This document shows, piece by piece, positions 18,301 through 27,063 of a stretch of 64,000 nucleotides of DNA (positions are counted from its first letter, which is position 1; the number at the start of each line of letters is the position of its first letter). Source of the stretch: Candidatus Hydrogenedentota bacterium (GTDB lineage: Bacteria; Hydrogenedentota; Hydrogenedentia; Hydrogenedentales; JAEUWI01). The stretch covers positions 33,957-97,956 of the forward strand of contig JAEUWI010000017.1 of NCBI GenBank assembly GCA_016791475.1, read 5' to 3'. The notes below the pieces were generated by a model, which saw only the letters and a program-made list of their open reading frames with translations, was not told the DNA's origin and ran no database searches. Position numbers and translations under genes: made by a program.

Positions 18301-20388
18301 AAGTTCCTTGTCGAGTTGCTACCGCCGCTCAATAGCCACTCCATGACGGGTGTTACGTTTATGTGCAAAATTGAACGGCCGGGCTCCAGCTCGACGATAG
18401 GCAGTAGCGGTTCCGGAGCGTCCCTCAGAAACGCATTTGATGCAACATTTCCTATGAACGCAAAAGATGCCTCGGTCAAAGTCGGAGTCGCTGCCGGACC
18501 TTGGAAAACCGTGTTCAGCGGTTGCATTGGATGCGACACCGGCGTATCGGATAGTGAATTCAGCGCTACATTCAGTGACGTCTTTGACCAAGACGGCGCA
18601 AAGCGGATCACCGTTACTCACAAGTCGCTTGAACAAGAACGCCGAGTGGTCGCTATCGACGCAGCCAGCGCCGCCCACCCTCTCCGAATGACAGTAAGCA
18701 GAGATGGTGAGGAAATGTCGCAATCCGAGTGGATATTTGACGGTATCGCGCCAGAGGAGGCGGAGGAACTTGAGATCCAGATTCGCGACTACGAATGGCG
18801 AACGATACATGGGATTGCGCTCTATCCTCATGAGAAATCAGCCCAATCCAATGGGGAGCAAAGCAGCGCCAACTCAAGCGATTCACCCTACTCAGTTTTC
18901 AATCATGACTATCTAGGCACCCTGCTCGAAGACCCCAATCTTCTGACGCGCATCGCGGGTGACGCCATCACGCCTCCGGCGGCAGACACGTCTTGGGGCC
19001 CCGTCGTGGATGGTCTTCAGGCCGCCGTGCGTTTCATTCCTGAAAAAGAGACGTATGCCCTGGGCGAAACGATTGGGATGGAATACCTGGTGCGCAATAT
19101 CGGGCCAATTCCGCTGGAGTTCTTGTCCAGCAAATGGCGAAATGGTGACCAGTGCTTCGTTACCGACGATCAGGGGAAGAAACGGGCGGGCGGCACATCG
19201 CAAGGCACTGGCCTCAATCCAGTACGTCGCGTCAAACTCGCGCCGGGAGAAGTCGGGGCGATCGAGAGCGCGAGTTTCACGATTATGCCGGAAGCATCAG
19301 GCCGCTCCCCTTTACACCCTGTGGCCACGTGGGCACGTTCTCATGCCGGCATTCACAAGGTGCAGTTCAGGGTCCACTTCCCCGACACGTATGCGAGGTC
19401 GGGGGATAACGCACCCCGGCCTGACGACTGGACCGGCACTTTGATGACAGGGGAGCGGACTATAGAATTTGTTGACGATCCTGAACTGTTCCGTGCTCAT
19501 TCCGTCTTCCAGATTCGTATGGTTGCAGCCAAGCCCGACGACAAAGGCGCGAAGGCATTTCCGCGGGAGGCGAGCAACAGGCCGCCTGATGAAGTCGACG
19601 AACTCTGGCTACTTGATGACGTGTTGGTCGGTGAGGGCGACCTTGCCGCTGTCGGGGCGGTGCCAGGCGCTACTCCGAATGAGTACGCAATTGAAATCAG
19701 ATTGAATGAAAAGGCCTCCGAACGACTCGCGCTTGCCACCGAAGAAAATATCGGCCACCGGATGGCCTGCATGTACCAGGAAATGATTCTCGCCGCGCCC
19801 ACCCTGAATGGCCCAGTGGGCGACGGGAAATTTGTCGTGGGAGGTAAATTCAGCAAGGACGTGGCCGAATCGATGATTTCAGAGATTCGAGCGGCCAATG
19901 CGCTCGACACGAAGGCACCGTTCATGCAACCCAGCACGGCGCCGACCCTCGGCCCTGAAGTCGAAGTCACCATCCGTCATTCGGGGGAAAACTGCATGAT
20001 CGACTTCGACACCGGTAAACTTTTCACGCCGCCGAATTTCAACGGCACGGAAGACGCCTTCGCGTGGTGCGCGAAGAATGGCATTGACGCGGGCGGCGGC
20101 AATCAGGACGAGGTGCGCGGCCTGATCGGCATAGATATAGTTCTCAATCCCGAAGCAAATGCGATCTGGGACGAGGCGGCGACTAATGGCGCGCTGAAAC
20201 ACGACGCTTTCAAGTATGGCAAGCCCGGCAATCCGGTCTACCTCAGCGCGAAGGGCGAGCTGCCTGCGACGTGGACCTTCAAGACGCGCGAGGGCGGTTT
20301 GGGCATTGTCCAGATTCTGGGCTTCGACGATGAAGAACCGCGCGGCGTGAAGATCCGGTATCGGATGCTGGAGAAGGGCTCCGAGTAG
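15319..20388 (+). CDS. BlaR1-type membrane sensor: M56 peptidase domain (HEXXH = HELAH) with a ~1300-aa C-terminal extracytoplasmic extension
   Basis: N-terminal TM helices and the motif LLHELAHVKRRD...LHWFNPLAWL typical of the M56 BlaR1 family; paired in an operon with blaI. Confidence 0.85.
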   Translation: MWNLLQDELGGGVWPRLLVALVDTGAKGLILMAAAGLAAAALRRNAAAARHLVWMLALCGLLILPVVSLMMPKWTLPILPAIEAPAVAPIAATPPIATAPAAPVVVSTPMTEIAPVAPNVIPPAARSERPAAPIDATPPESAQAPMNYGVWLLATWLSFALLSLAPFAAGVVAVARMRRRAEAFSEGDLQALATALGRCIGLKRTARLLRSPAGSMPMATGFIKPAVFLPDDALAWSEEKRRVVLLHELAHVKRRDCLAHAIARTATSLHWFNPLAWLALRQLRIEREHACDDLVLAAGERPSAYAENLLEIARTLRASTVVSAAAITMAQKSQLEGRLLAVLDAARNRGLVTRKFAVICIATLSVVVSVLGAVAVTREISTTGDLLAIAKPVKKTSLESFFGGWRNLPFKLSDGDAEAIAQCLELTQRYNAIHNRVNRYSLPEVRESLEALLSKHPEFFYVEHLLGTWHQMNGNTAVAEDYFLRSYRHAPVVLIQRYEHADGSPIVGAAIRKFEIECNRVQGGSLDPSLNLKYFDLTTDSEGCVYLPVYDTVYRTSTRSFPEGFDVSYPKLGWFESRGKAAMLPTAGVGIVGGAYEQAVASDAAGVVRVSGRDFQLTKVRRMDAPEALELLEFPAWPHEFPHRGRFPELEEGDWDCLLVDIGGRQQFPKDFDVVQIRVFDHETRSVLWDSDSRYHKLEQDVEFTGGFVSALNNAVFLARRGGKWPENIDLWFRVDLLKDSPSAHHHLPVGKTDMAITTGGTGWVEIEEVRAGSWNVEYSEGGGEVTWLALNPESESHCTVVLRRSGDWEGGRLTVSAKDQRGNTYWPQSIHFVDFDRAELEVVNFPLPADQLLELEFGQVADPTDFRKTFYFDGIALDPLLAAPTEASGDNPSTANASGDTPIALNPRTESIPESPVSPETQNDSEPDADRPDGAFSVEFPGGYRAHVIGVGDTIGEASGIFWAADGSPMALAPEGVTADVSNVTLLPETIGRKFLVELLPPLNSHSMTGVTFMCKIERPGSSSTIGSSGSGASLRNAFDATFPMNAKDASVKVGVAAGPWKTVFSGCIGCDTGVSDSEFSATFSDVFDQDGAKRITVTHKSLEQERRVVAIDAASAAHPLRMTVSRDGEEMSQSEWIFDGIAPEEAEELEIQIRDYEWRTIHGIALYPHEKSAQSNGEQSSANSSDSPYSVFNHDYLGTLLEDPNLLTRIAGDAITPPAADTSWGPVVDGLQAAVRFIPEKETYALGETIGMEYLVRNIGPIPLEFLSSKWRNGDQCFVTDDQGKKRAGGTSQGTGLNPVRRVKLAPGEVGAIESASFTIMPEASGRSPLHPVATWARSHAGIHKVQFRVHFPDTYARSGDNAPRPDDWTGTLMTGERTIEFVDDPELFRAHSVFQIRMVAAKPDDKGAKAFPREASNRPPDEVDELWLLDDVLVGEGDLAAVGAVPGATPNEYAIEIRLNEKASERLALATEENIGHRMACMYQEMILAAPTLNGPVGDGKFVVGGKFSKDVAESMISEIRAANALDTKAPFMQPSTAPTLGPEVEVTIRHSGENCMIDFDTGKLFTPPNFNGTEDAFAWCAKNGIDAGGGNQDEVRGLIGIDIVLNPEANAIWDEAATNGALKHDAFKYGKPGNPVYLSAKGELPATWTFKTREGGLGIVQILGFDDEEPRGVKIRYRMLEKGSE

Positions 20389-20397
20389 GCGCGTTAT

Positions 20398-20788
20398 GGA
20401 GGGGGGCCTTTCCAGGCCCACATCTAAACTACCAACGTGAACTTCGGTATTGCAGACGCCCGCGACTCCCGTGTAAAACTCAAAATGGGGAGCTGGAAAG
20501 CTCCCTCTCCATACTATCAGTCCACAGCGCTATGGAGGGGGGCCTTTCCAGGCCCACATGAGAACCACCAACGCGAACTGCGGTGTGACAGGTGCCCGCG
20601 ACTCCCGTGCAAAACTCAAAATGGGGAGCTGGAAAGCTCCCACTCCATACTATCAGTCCACCGCGCTATGGAGGGGGGCCTTTCCAGGCCCACAGTGGAA
20701 CTGCCAACGTGAACTGCGATCTGGCAGGTGCCCGCGACTCACGTATAGACCAAGAAAATGGGGAGCTGGAAAGCTCCCTCTCCATACT
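20398..20788. repeat. Tandem array of three ~136-bp units (20398, 20534, 20670), each holding two REP hairpins in head-to-head orientation (BIME-like), abutting the 3' end of the RAYT gene
   Basis: Units are ~85% identical. Each contains CTATGGAGGGGGGCCTTTCCAGGCCC (the reverse-orientation REP) and GGGGAGCTGGAAAGCTCCCTCTCCATACT (the forward REP). Hairpin stems are GGGAGCT/AGCTCCC with a GGAA loop. The small ORFs here are rejected. Confidence 0.8.
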
Positions 20789-20795
20789 CTCGCTA

Positions 20796-21491
20796 TTAAT
20801 TGTCTTTTTCGAGGTAGATAAACTCCCCCGGTTTTAGTCCAGCTCTATTCGGATTCTCCTTGATATATCCGAAGTAGTATTCGAAGTGGTGATCGCTCCT
20901 TACCAGCCGGTCCCAATAGTCCTCCTGCCAGAGGGCGCCCTTCCGGTTCATACGTTTGTTGATTTCGCGCGCCGTGAAGCCCTTCCACGATTGAAGAATC
21001 GCTCGCAACTTATACTCGCCCAAGGGTCGAAAGAGCACGTGCACATGGTTTGGCATCACCACAAAAGATGCAACATCACAACGCTCGCCATCAAAATGAC
21101 GCAATGCACCCGCCACGATTTCCGCATTGCTTGAATCTCGCAGAAGGCACGAGCCCATTCCCTTGTCCAGCCAGCCGTCGATGCGCTCCATGAAGATCCC
21201 ATAGTATTCGCGCTCGGTAGCAACACCCCAGGGGCGCGGATTGTGTTTCAACCACGCATCTTTTTCTTGCCGCCACTGCCGAAGCAGCGCAGCCGGCAAG
21301 GAATCGCCCAATCGCCATGTTACGAAGCACCAGACATCTCCCTGCTGCCAGTGAGGGAGCCGGTTGTGCTTGATATCGATTTCGCCGCCTCGCTGAAAGA
21401 AGGATGGGGAACAATCGTCTGGCTCCGTGGAGGGGAGTTGCTTCGCGAGCGGATTTTCTATTTCATGGCCTTCAGCCTCGCCGTACGTCAT
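20796..21491 (-). mobile_element. REP-associated tyrosine transposase (RAYT; IS200/IS605-like HuH Y1 transposase)
   Basis: HuH motif VVMPNHVHVLF; RLPHW motif; C-terminal LWQEDYWDRLVRSDHHFEYYFGYIKENP, which compares with the E. coli RAYT segment WQRSYYDHVIRNE...IWDNP. AAGAGGG RBS. Flanked on both sides by REP hairpins. Confidence 0.8.
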
Positions 21492-21513
21492 GCTTATGCC
21501 CTCTTAATTCGGG

Positions 21514-21670
21514 GGCTGGAAAGCCCCCGCTCCATACCTCACATGCCCCGCTCCGACAATCTTATACACCAACGTCGTAACACCCTTGGGACTTCGGGGG
21601 CTGGAAAGCCCCCGCTCCATATCTCTCATGCCCTGAACCAGGACTGGGGAATCCCCGCTCCATACTTGCA
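21514..21670. repeat. REP copies on the 5' side of the RAYT gene: two GGGGGCTGGAAAGCCCCCGCTCCATA at 21516 and 21598, plus a degenerate third
   Basis: Seen in sequence. Same orientation as the forward REPs of the array at 20398-20788. Confidence 0.7.
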
Positions 21671-21694
21671 TGTTCGTTGAATCCAATACCATGC

Positions 21695-23617
21695 TCAGGG
21701 AAGCATTTCGCCCGTGAGCCAGGCCATGGAAAAGCGGGCGAAGCGTATCCATTCTCGGCGGTGCTTTTCTCCGCCTTCGAAGAGGATGCCGATGTCGCCG
21801 TTGGAGAGCTGCACCAAAGTGGAGTAGGACGAAGGGCCGGCGTGGATGAGTCTCTTTACGGGCCAGGTGGCGCCTTCGTCGTAACTCATGCGCACCGTCA
21901 TCTTTGTTCGCTCCACGACGCCGTAGAGCTCGCCGAAGTTGTCCGGGTTGGCGAAGAGGAGGCCGTCTTTCCCGCCTGTCTTTCCGGCGCTGTAGCGCAG
22001 GATGCTGGCCTGGCAGGGGCACTCGTTGAGGGCGGCGTCCCAGCGCACGGTGGACCAGCTCGCGCCGCCGTCGGCACTGGTGGCCACGCCGCGGCAGCTC
22101 CGGCCCATGTTGCCGCGCATGTTGAGCATGAGGCGCCCATCCTTCAAAGACACCACCTGGGACTCGTCGGAAAGCTCGGCCACGGGCGCACCCATGGTCC
22201 AGGTGTCGCCGCCGTCGTCGCTGAACATGACGCAGGAGCGAAAGTTTTCTTCCATTTCGATGGTGGCCTCGCCGGTATAGCCGGGAATGATCAGGCGGCC
22301 GTTGTCCATCTGGACGCCGATGCCGGGGCCGGGCACGAAGCTATCGTCCGCGTTGACGATGGCCTCGGTAATATCGCGGGGCGCGGACCAGGTCTTGCCG
22401 TTGTCCGCGCTCTTGAGGACGAGGCAGCGGTGGTGGCCGGGGGCAGTCTTGTGGGCGTTGATCCCCACGAGCACCACCTCGTCCGTTTTCCGGTTTATCA
22501 CGACACAGGGATTCATGAGGGCTTCCGCGCCGGTTCCCGGCACGAGGGTCTGGACGGGGAGCCAGCTCTTGCCTTCGTCGAGACTGCGCCGCAGCACCAT
22601 GTCGGTCGGGCTGGCATCGTCCTGCGCGATCTTCCGCGCCTCGCAGAAGGCCAGCAGGCTGCCGTCGGACGCGGTGATCATGGCGGGGATGCGGTAGGTG
22701 CTCACGCCGCCCTCCCCAGCCACAAAGACATCAGTAAAGACGGGTTCACCGGCCGGGCGCGGCGCGGGCGCGCCCATGGCGACGCGAAAGCCGATGTGGC
22801 TGTGCTCCGCCTTGGGTTCTTCGTGGTCGCGCCGCGATGAACGGCATCGCCCGCCGGTGGCGGTCCAGCCCCCGCCGCGCAGCACGCGGTGCGCGGCGAA
22901 GGACGGCCCGGCGGGGTCCACCGATTCGCCGTCGAAGTAGTAGCCGTGCCAGTCCTGGCACCATTCGGAGACATTGCCGCTCATATCGTGAAGGCCCCAC
23001 GGATTGGGGAGTTTCTTTCCCACGGGCTGTGCGCTGGCGTCTTTACCGGCGGGGACGGTTCCACGCCACCATGCGTGGGCATCGATCTCCACGTAGTCGA
23101 GGTCGTCGCCCCAGGGAAAGCGCGTGGTGGTGCCGGCGCGGCACGCGTATTCCCACTCCGCCTCGGTGGGCAGGCGGAGGTCTTCATTCAAGTGATCCGC
23201 GAGCTTCTCGTTGAAGGCTTGCGCCGCCTCCCAGGATATGTACACGGCAGGCGATGCGGGGTCGTCCGACACCTGCTCACGGCCGCCCCAGGGACTCGTG
23301 CCCATGACCGACTGCCACTGGGCCTTGGTGATTTCATACTTGCCCATCCAGAAGCCGCGGGTGAGGGTTACTGGGTGCCGGGGCGTTTCCTTGTTGGGGT
23401 AGGCGTCGCGCTCGCCCGGGGCCTGGCCCATCTCGAAACTGCCCGCCGGAATCCAGACCATTTCCAGGGGAACGCCACCCGGCAGTTCCAGGGTACGCAC
23501 GGCGCCTGCGGCGGGGGCTTCCGCCGCCGTGGCGGCGGCGGTGACCGTGATGAACAGACCCAATACGAAAAATGTCGCCACAGACAAGATGGCGGGGAAC
23601 AAACGTCGAATCATCAT
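21695..23617 (-). CDS. Secreted fusion protein: FGE-sulfatase (SUMF1-like) domain joined to a BNR/Asp-box sialidase (GH33-like) domain
   Basis: Signal peptide. FGE-type motifs YISWEAAQAF, GNVSEWCQDW and RVLRGGGW. Then a RIP motif (YRIPAMITA) and five Asp-boxes (SLDEGKSW, SADNGKTW, SDDGGDTW, SADGGASW, SYDEGATW). Confidence 0.85.
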   Translation of the reverse strand: MMIRRLFPAILSVATFFVLGLFITVTAAATAAEAPAAGAVRTLELPGGVPLEMVWIPAGSFEMGQAPGERDAYPNKETPRHPVTLTRGFWMGKYEITKAQWQSVMGTSPWGGREQVSDDPASPAVYISWEAAQAFNEKLADHLNEDLRLPTEAEWEYACRAGTTTRFPWGDDLDYVEIDAHAWWRGTVPAGKDASAQPVGKKLPNPWGLHDMSGNVSEWCQDWHGYYFDGESVDPAGPSFAAHRVLRGGGWTATGGRCRSSRRDHEEPKAEHSHIGFRVAMGAPAPRPAGEPVFTDVFVAGEGGVSTYRIPAMITASDGSLLAFCEARKIAQDDASPTDMVLRRSLDEGKSWLPVQTLVPGTGAEALMNPCVVINRKTDEVVLVGINAHKTAPGHHRCLVLKSADNGKTWSAPRDITEAIVNADDSFVPGPGIGVQMDNGRLIIPGYTGEATIEMEENFRSCVMFSDDGGDTWTMGAPVAELSDESQVVSLKDGRLMLNMRGNMGRSCRGVATSADGGASWSTVRWDAALNECPCQASILRYSAGKTGGKDGLLFANPDNFGELYGVVERTKMTVRMSYDEGATWPVKRLIHAGPSSYSTLVQLSNGDIGILFEGGEKHRREWIRFARFSMAWLTGEMLP

Positions 23618-24024
23618 GCTCTCCTCACGATTACAGTCGAATTACGAACCGGGATCTTGTAACACGATAGCGGCACAAAGCAACCGAACTGCCGTGCTTC
23701 GGTCCGGCTGCCGAGATTGAGAGCGCTATATCTTAAAGGGCCTCGGACATGTCTGAGGCAGAGTGCGCCTCGGTCGACAGCGCCCAACAGGAGGTCCAGT
23801 GCCACTACATCGTAATCGAAGTCATTCCCACGAAAGTGGGAATCCAGAAAGCGGCGAAGTACACGTCGCAAGTTCTCGCCATCCCCACTTTCATAAGGAT
23901 GACACCCCCCAGATTGCTTCACTAATTCACTGTGCCCTTTGAACATTAAGATGGGCGTTATCTCAGGCAGGAATGACTAAGCCCCTTTGGTGTTGCCTCT
24001 CTTGGGGGCGCATGTTCAATCGCT

Positions 24025-25380
24025 TCAGCTCACCATGTCCTTGTGTAGATCCCAGGGCGCGCGGACGGGCCGGCTGAGCATGGCGGTGGCTTCGGTATCG
24101 TCGAGGATCTGCTCCTTTTCCGGGTTCCAGCGCAGCGGGCGGTTGAGCCGGATCGCGATGTCGCACAGATGGCTTATCGTGTCGGAGCGAATGGCGGCTT
24201 CGAGGGGGCTCACGGGTGTCTCTCCCGTCTTCGCGCAGTGCAGGAGATCGCCCATGTGGCTCGTGGTCTCTTTCAGGCGTACATCGCTCTCTTTGAATTT
24301 CACCTTCAGGATGTCAGGGTTGCTGGCCAGGATACCGCCGCGATCGACGCTGACCCAGCCCTCGCTTCCGAAGAAGGTCGTGCCGTGGTCCTTCCAGGGG
24401 CGGTAGACCGAAACAATCGGCTCCGCTACGCGGTGTCCCATGAAGCGGAGCTTCACGCCGCTTTCATAGACGCATTCCGTGTCCCAGGACTCGATGGTGT
24501 CGTAGAGTCCCTGTGTAGGGAGGCTTCCCGTGCCGCTGTACTGCACGGGGCTCGTGTGGTCTGTGCCAAGCCCCCATTGGACGATATCGAGGGGGTGGGC
24601 GCCCCACCCCGCGATAAAGCCCAGGGCGTAGTCGTAGAGGTGATAGGTGCCGTAGCAGGTACAGCGATCGACGGTGTAGGTTCGCTCGGGCGACGGGCCG
24701 GTCCAGCGATCAAAATCAAATCCTTCGGGGACCGGCGCAGGCTCCGTACTGCCGTACTGGGGCACACTGAAGGCGGCGTACTGGCTGGAAATATCGGCGC
24801 ACCACGCATCCACGCGGGAAACCTCGCCGATGTAGCCGTTGCGGACGAGTTCGCAGGCCTGGCGGAACTGGGGCGCGGAGCGTTGCTGGGTGCCATACTG
24901 GATGACGGTTCTGTGCTCCGCCGCGACGCGGCGCAATTCCCAGGCCCACTCCATGCTCACGCCCAGGGGCTTCTCCACATAGATCGCCTTGCCCGCGCGC
25001 GCCGCCGCAATCGCGATGGGCACGTGCCAGTGATCGGGCGTGGCGATGATCACGGCGTCGATGTCCTTCCGGGCGAGCACCTCGCGAAAGTCGGCATAGG
25101 CCTGGACCATGTTGCCTTTGTAAAAGGTATTCAGCTTGTCCCGAGTGGATTCCCGCCGATCCGTGTAGCAATCGCTCACGGCGAGAAACTGGGCCTCCGG
25201 TCGGTGCACGGCGTCATTGAGCAGACCGCTTCCGCGCCCGCCCGCGCCGATGAGGGCGATGTTAACGCGATTGCTGGGCGCATCGTTGCCCCAGGCGCGC
25301 GCGGGAAGAATCAGGGGCACCGCGAGCGCGGCCGACGACCATTTCAAGAAATCCCTGCGTGAAGACGGGTGCGTTTTCAT
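24025..25380 (-). CDS. Tat-exported Gfo/Idh/MocA family oxidoreductase
   Basis: RRDFLK Tat motif; NAD-binding IGAGGRGS; EKPL motif; GGGAG RBS. Confidence 0.9.
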   Translation of the reverse strand: MKTHPSSRRDFLKWSSAALAVPLILPARAWGNDAPSNRVNIALIGAGGRGSGLLNDAVHRPEAQFLAVSDCYTDRRESTRDKLNTFYKGNMVQAYADFREVLARKDIDAVIIATPDHWHVPIAIAAARAGKAIYVEKPLGVSMEWAWELRRVAAEHRTVIQYGTQQRSAPQFRQACELVRNGYIGEVSRVDAWCADISSQYAAFSVPQYGSTEPAPVPEGFDFDRWTGPSPERTYTVDRCTCYGTYHLYDYALGFIAGWGAHPLDIVQWGLGTDHTSPVQYSGTGSLPTQGLYDTIESWDTECVYESGVKLRFMGHRVAEPIVSVYRPWKDHGTTFFGSEGWVSVDRGGILASNPDILKVKFKESDVRLKETTSHMGDLLHCAKTGETPVSPLEAAIRSDTISHLCDIAIRLNRPLRWNPEKEQILDDTEATAMLSRPVRAPWDLHKDMVS

Positions 25381-25401
25381 GGTGTAACTCCCGGGGACCT
25401 G

Positions 25402-27048
25402 TTATTGTTTCGGTTGAGCGGCGTTCATGACGGCCATTTCCTGACGGAGCCGGTGGCTGTTCCACACGCCGGGATGGACGACAATACGGTAGTGAAGGGC
25501 GAGCGTCTCCCCCACTTTGAGGGTGCGGGGCGCGCGGTAGAGCAGAGCGGGACTGAAGTAATGAAAGTTGTTGTCCGGCTGCGCGATGACATACCAGGGT
25601 GACGACGGGGCGTTGCTTCCCTCGCGCAACAGCATGGCAAGACCCACGGGGTGGCCATCAATCACGCCACTGAAATCCAGAGCGCGGGCGTCGAGATTCG
25701 CCTGGGGCGCGTCCAATGCCACAGGGCCCGCTTCCGAGTTTACTTCCGCGTCGATCATCAGGCTGAAGCGCATGGAAAGACCGGCGTAGCCGCCCCAGGA
25801 TTTTCCTTCCGGCTCGCCCTCGATGGGCGTGCGGTCCAGCACCACATCGGCATTCAGGGCCTTGAAAGTCGCATCCCAGTCGATGGTGCAGGCGCCCATC
25901 CAGTCCGGTGGAGAAAGATGTAGCGTCCGCGACTCTGCCAGCACAGGCTTTCCCGGATCGATTTCGTAGCGCAGGTTGAATTGAACGACGGCGGAACCAT
26001 CGGCCTGTGTGTCAATGACGGGCGCGTCCCAGAGCGTCCTGCCGTCGGGCAGTCCAGTTTCCCGGCTCTCTTCCCAGAAGTTAACGCCATTGATAAACTT
26101 CCAGGAGAACCACAGCGCGTGGTGCCAGGGGTGATCCGGCGGGGCTTCCCAAGTCAAGGCCGGGCCTTCAGCCAGGGCCAGGGGGTGAAAATAGGGCTTC
26201 CGGGCGTCCTTCCCGAAGTTCAACTGCCAGAGGGTGGCGCCGTTCAGTTTCAACGCTAGTGCTTCACCCGTCTGAGTCCATTCGAGGTTCCGGGGCGCTG
26301 GTGGAACGGAGCCCGTTGCGGCCCAGGCCACCGCGCGCCGGAGCAGCGTGGCAAAGGCGGGATGGCTCATGGCGCGGACGTGATGGCCGAGGAGGAAGTT
26401 CACGCTGCGGCCCTTGCCGAAGTCTCGACTGAAGAGAATCGGCTCTTCGTTTCCGGTGCCGCGAAATTCCGGGTCGGACCAGGCCGTGGCGAGCACCTGG
26501 GCCTCCGGGGGAACGGGAACCTTGTGCCAGAGCTCGTCGAAGGTGGTGAAGTCCGCCATGCCTTCGGTGATGGGATGCGCCACGCCGGATGATTTCACGG
26601 TAAAGTGATGCTGCTTCCCGTGTCCCGTGTTCTGGAGGTCCCAGGCGGTGATCGCCATCTTCTGGTAGTCCGCCCAATCGTAGAACGAGGAAGACCCGGC
26701 GTGGACGGAGACGAAGCCCTTACCTCCGGCGACGAACTCGATCAGCGCGCTCCGCGCCGCTTCGGGCCAGCCTGTGGCGGCGGCATCGCCCCAGTTGTTC
26801 CAGTTGCTCAGGATCACGTCGAATCCAGCGAGGTACTCGGCTGTCATGGTCTCGGGTTTATCGAGCACCGCGACCTCGGCCCCACCCTCCTTTTCCAGGA
26901 TCTCGCGCAGCTTCGGCGTCGTCTCCCGCCACTCGTGGTTATTCTGTCCGCTCAGGAGCAGCACCTGAAGCGGATCGGCGAATGCGGGGGCAACCAGGCA
27001 AACGACCACCAGGGCCAAAGACCAGATTGAGATTGTATGGACGCGCAT
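25402..27048 (-). CDS. Secreted ThuA-like (class-I glutamine amidotransferase-like) domain protein with a C-terminal extension
   Basis: Signal peptide MRVHTISIWSLALVVVCLVAPAFA; ThuA-type N-terminal domain (VLLLSGQNNHEW...). Confidence 0.7.
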   Translation of the reverse strand: MRVHTISIWSLALVVVCLVAPAFADPLQVLLLSGQNNHEWRETTPKLREILEKEGGAEVAVLDKPETMTAEYLAGFDVILSNWNNWGDAAATGWPEAARSALIEFVAGGKGFVSVHAGSSSFYDWADYQKMAITAWDLQNTGHGKQHHFTVKSSGVAHPITEGMADFTTFDELWHKVPVPPEAQVLATAWSDPEFRGTGNEEPILFSRDFGKGRSVNFLLGHHVRAMSHPAFATLLRRAVAWAATGSVPPAPRNLEWTQTGEALALKLNGATLWQLNFGKDARKPYFHPLALAEGPALTWEAPPDHPWHHALWFSWKFINGVNFWEESRETGLPDGRTLWDAPVIDTQADGSAVVQFNLRYEIDPGKPVLAESRTLHLSPPDWMGACTIDWDATFKALNADVVLDRTPIEGEPEGKSWGGYAGLSMRFSLMIDAEVNSEAGPVALDAPQANLDARALDFSGVIDGHPVGLAMLLREGSNAPSSPWYVIAQPDNNFHYFSPALLYRAPRTLKVGETLALHYRIVVHPGVWNSHRLRQEMAVMNAAQPKQ

Positions 27049-27063
27049 TGTGTATACCCTCGA

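Noticed and set aside
20398-20788. Possible CRISPR array
   Set aside because: The units are 136 bp with ~85% identity throughout, so there is no short-repeat/unique-spacer architecture. There are no cas genes. The array abuts a RAYT gene and matches the REP consensus.
20437-20837. Three ~80-90-aa + strand ORFs inside the 136-bp tandem units
   Set aside because: They are created by the repetition itself (similar peptides MGSWKAPSPYYQSTALWRGAFPGP), lack RBSs and coincide with REP hairpins. They are not coding.
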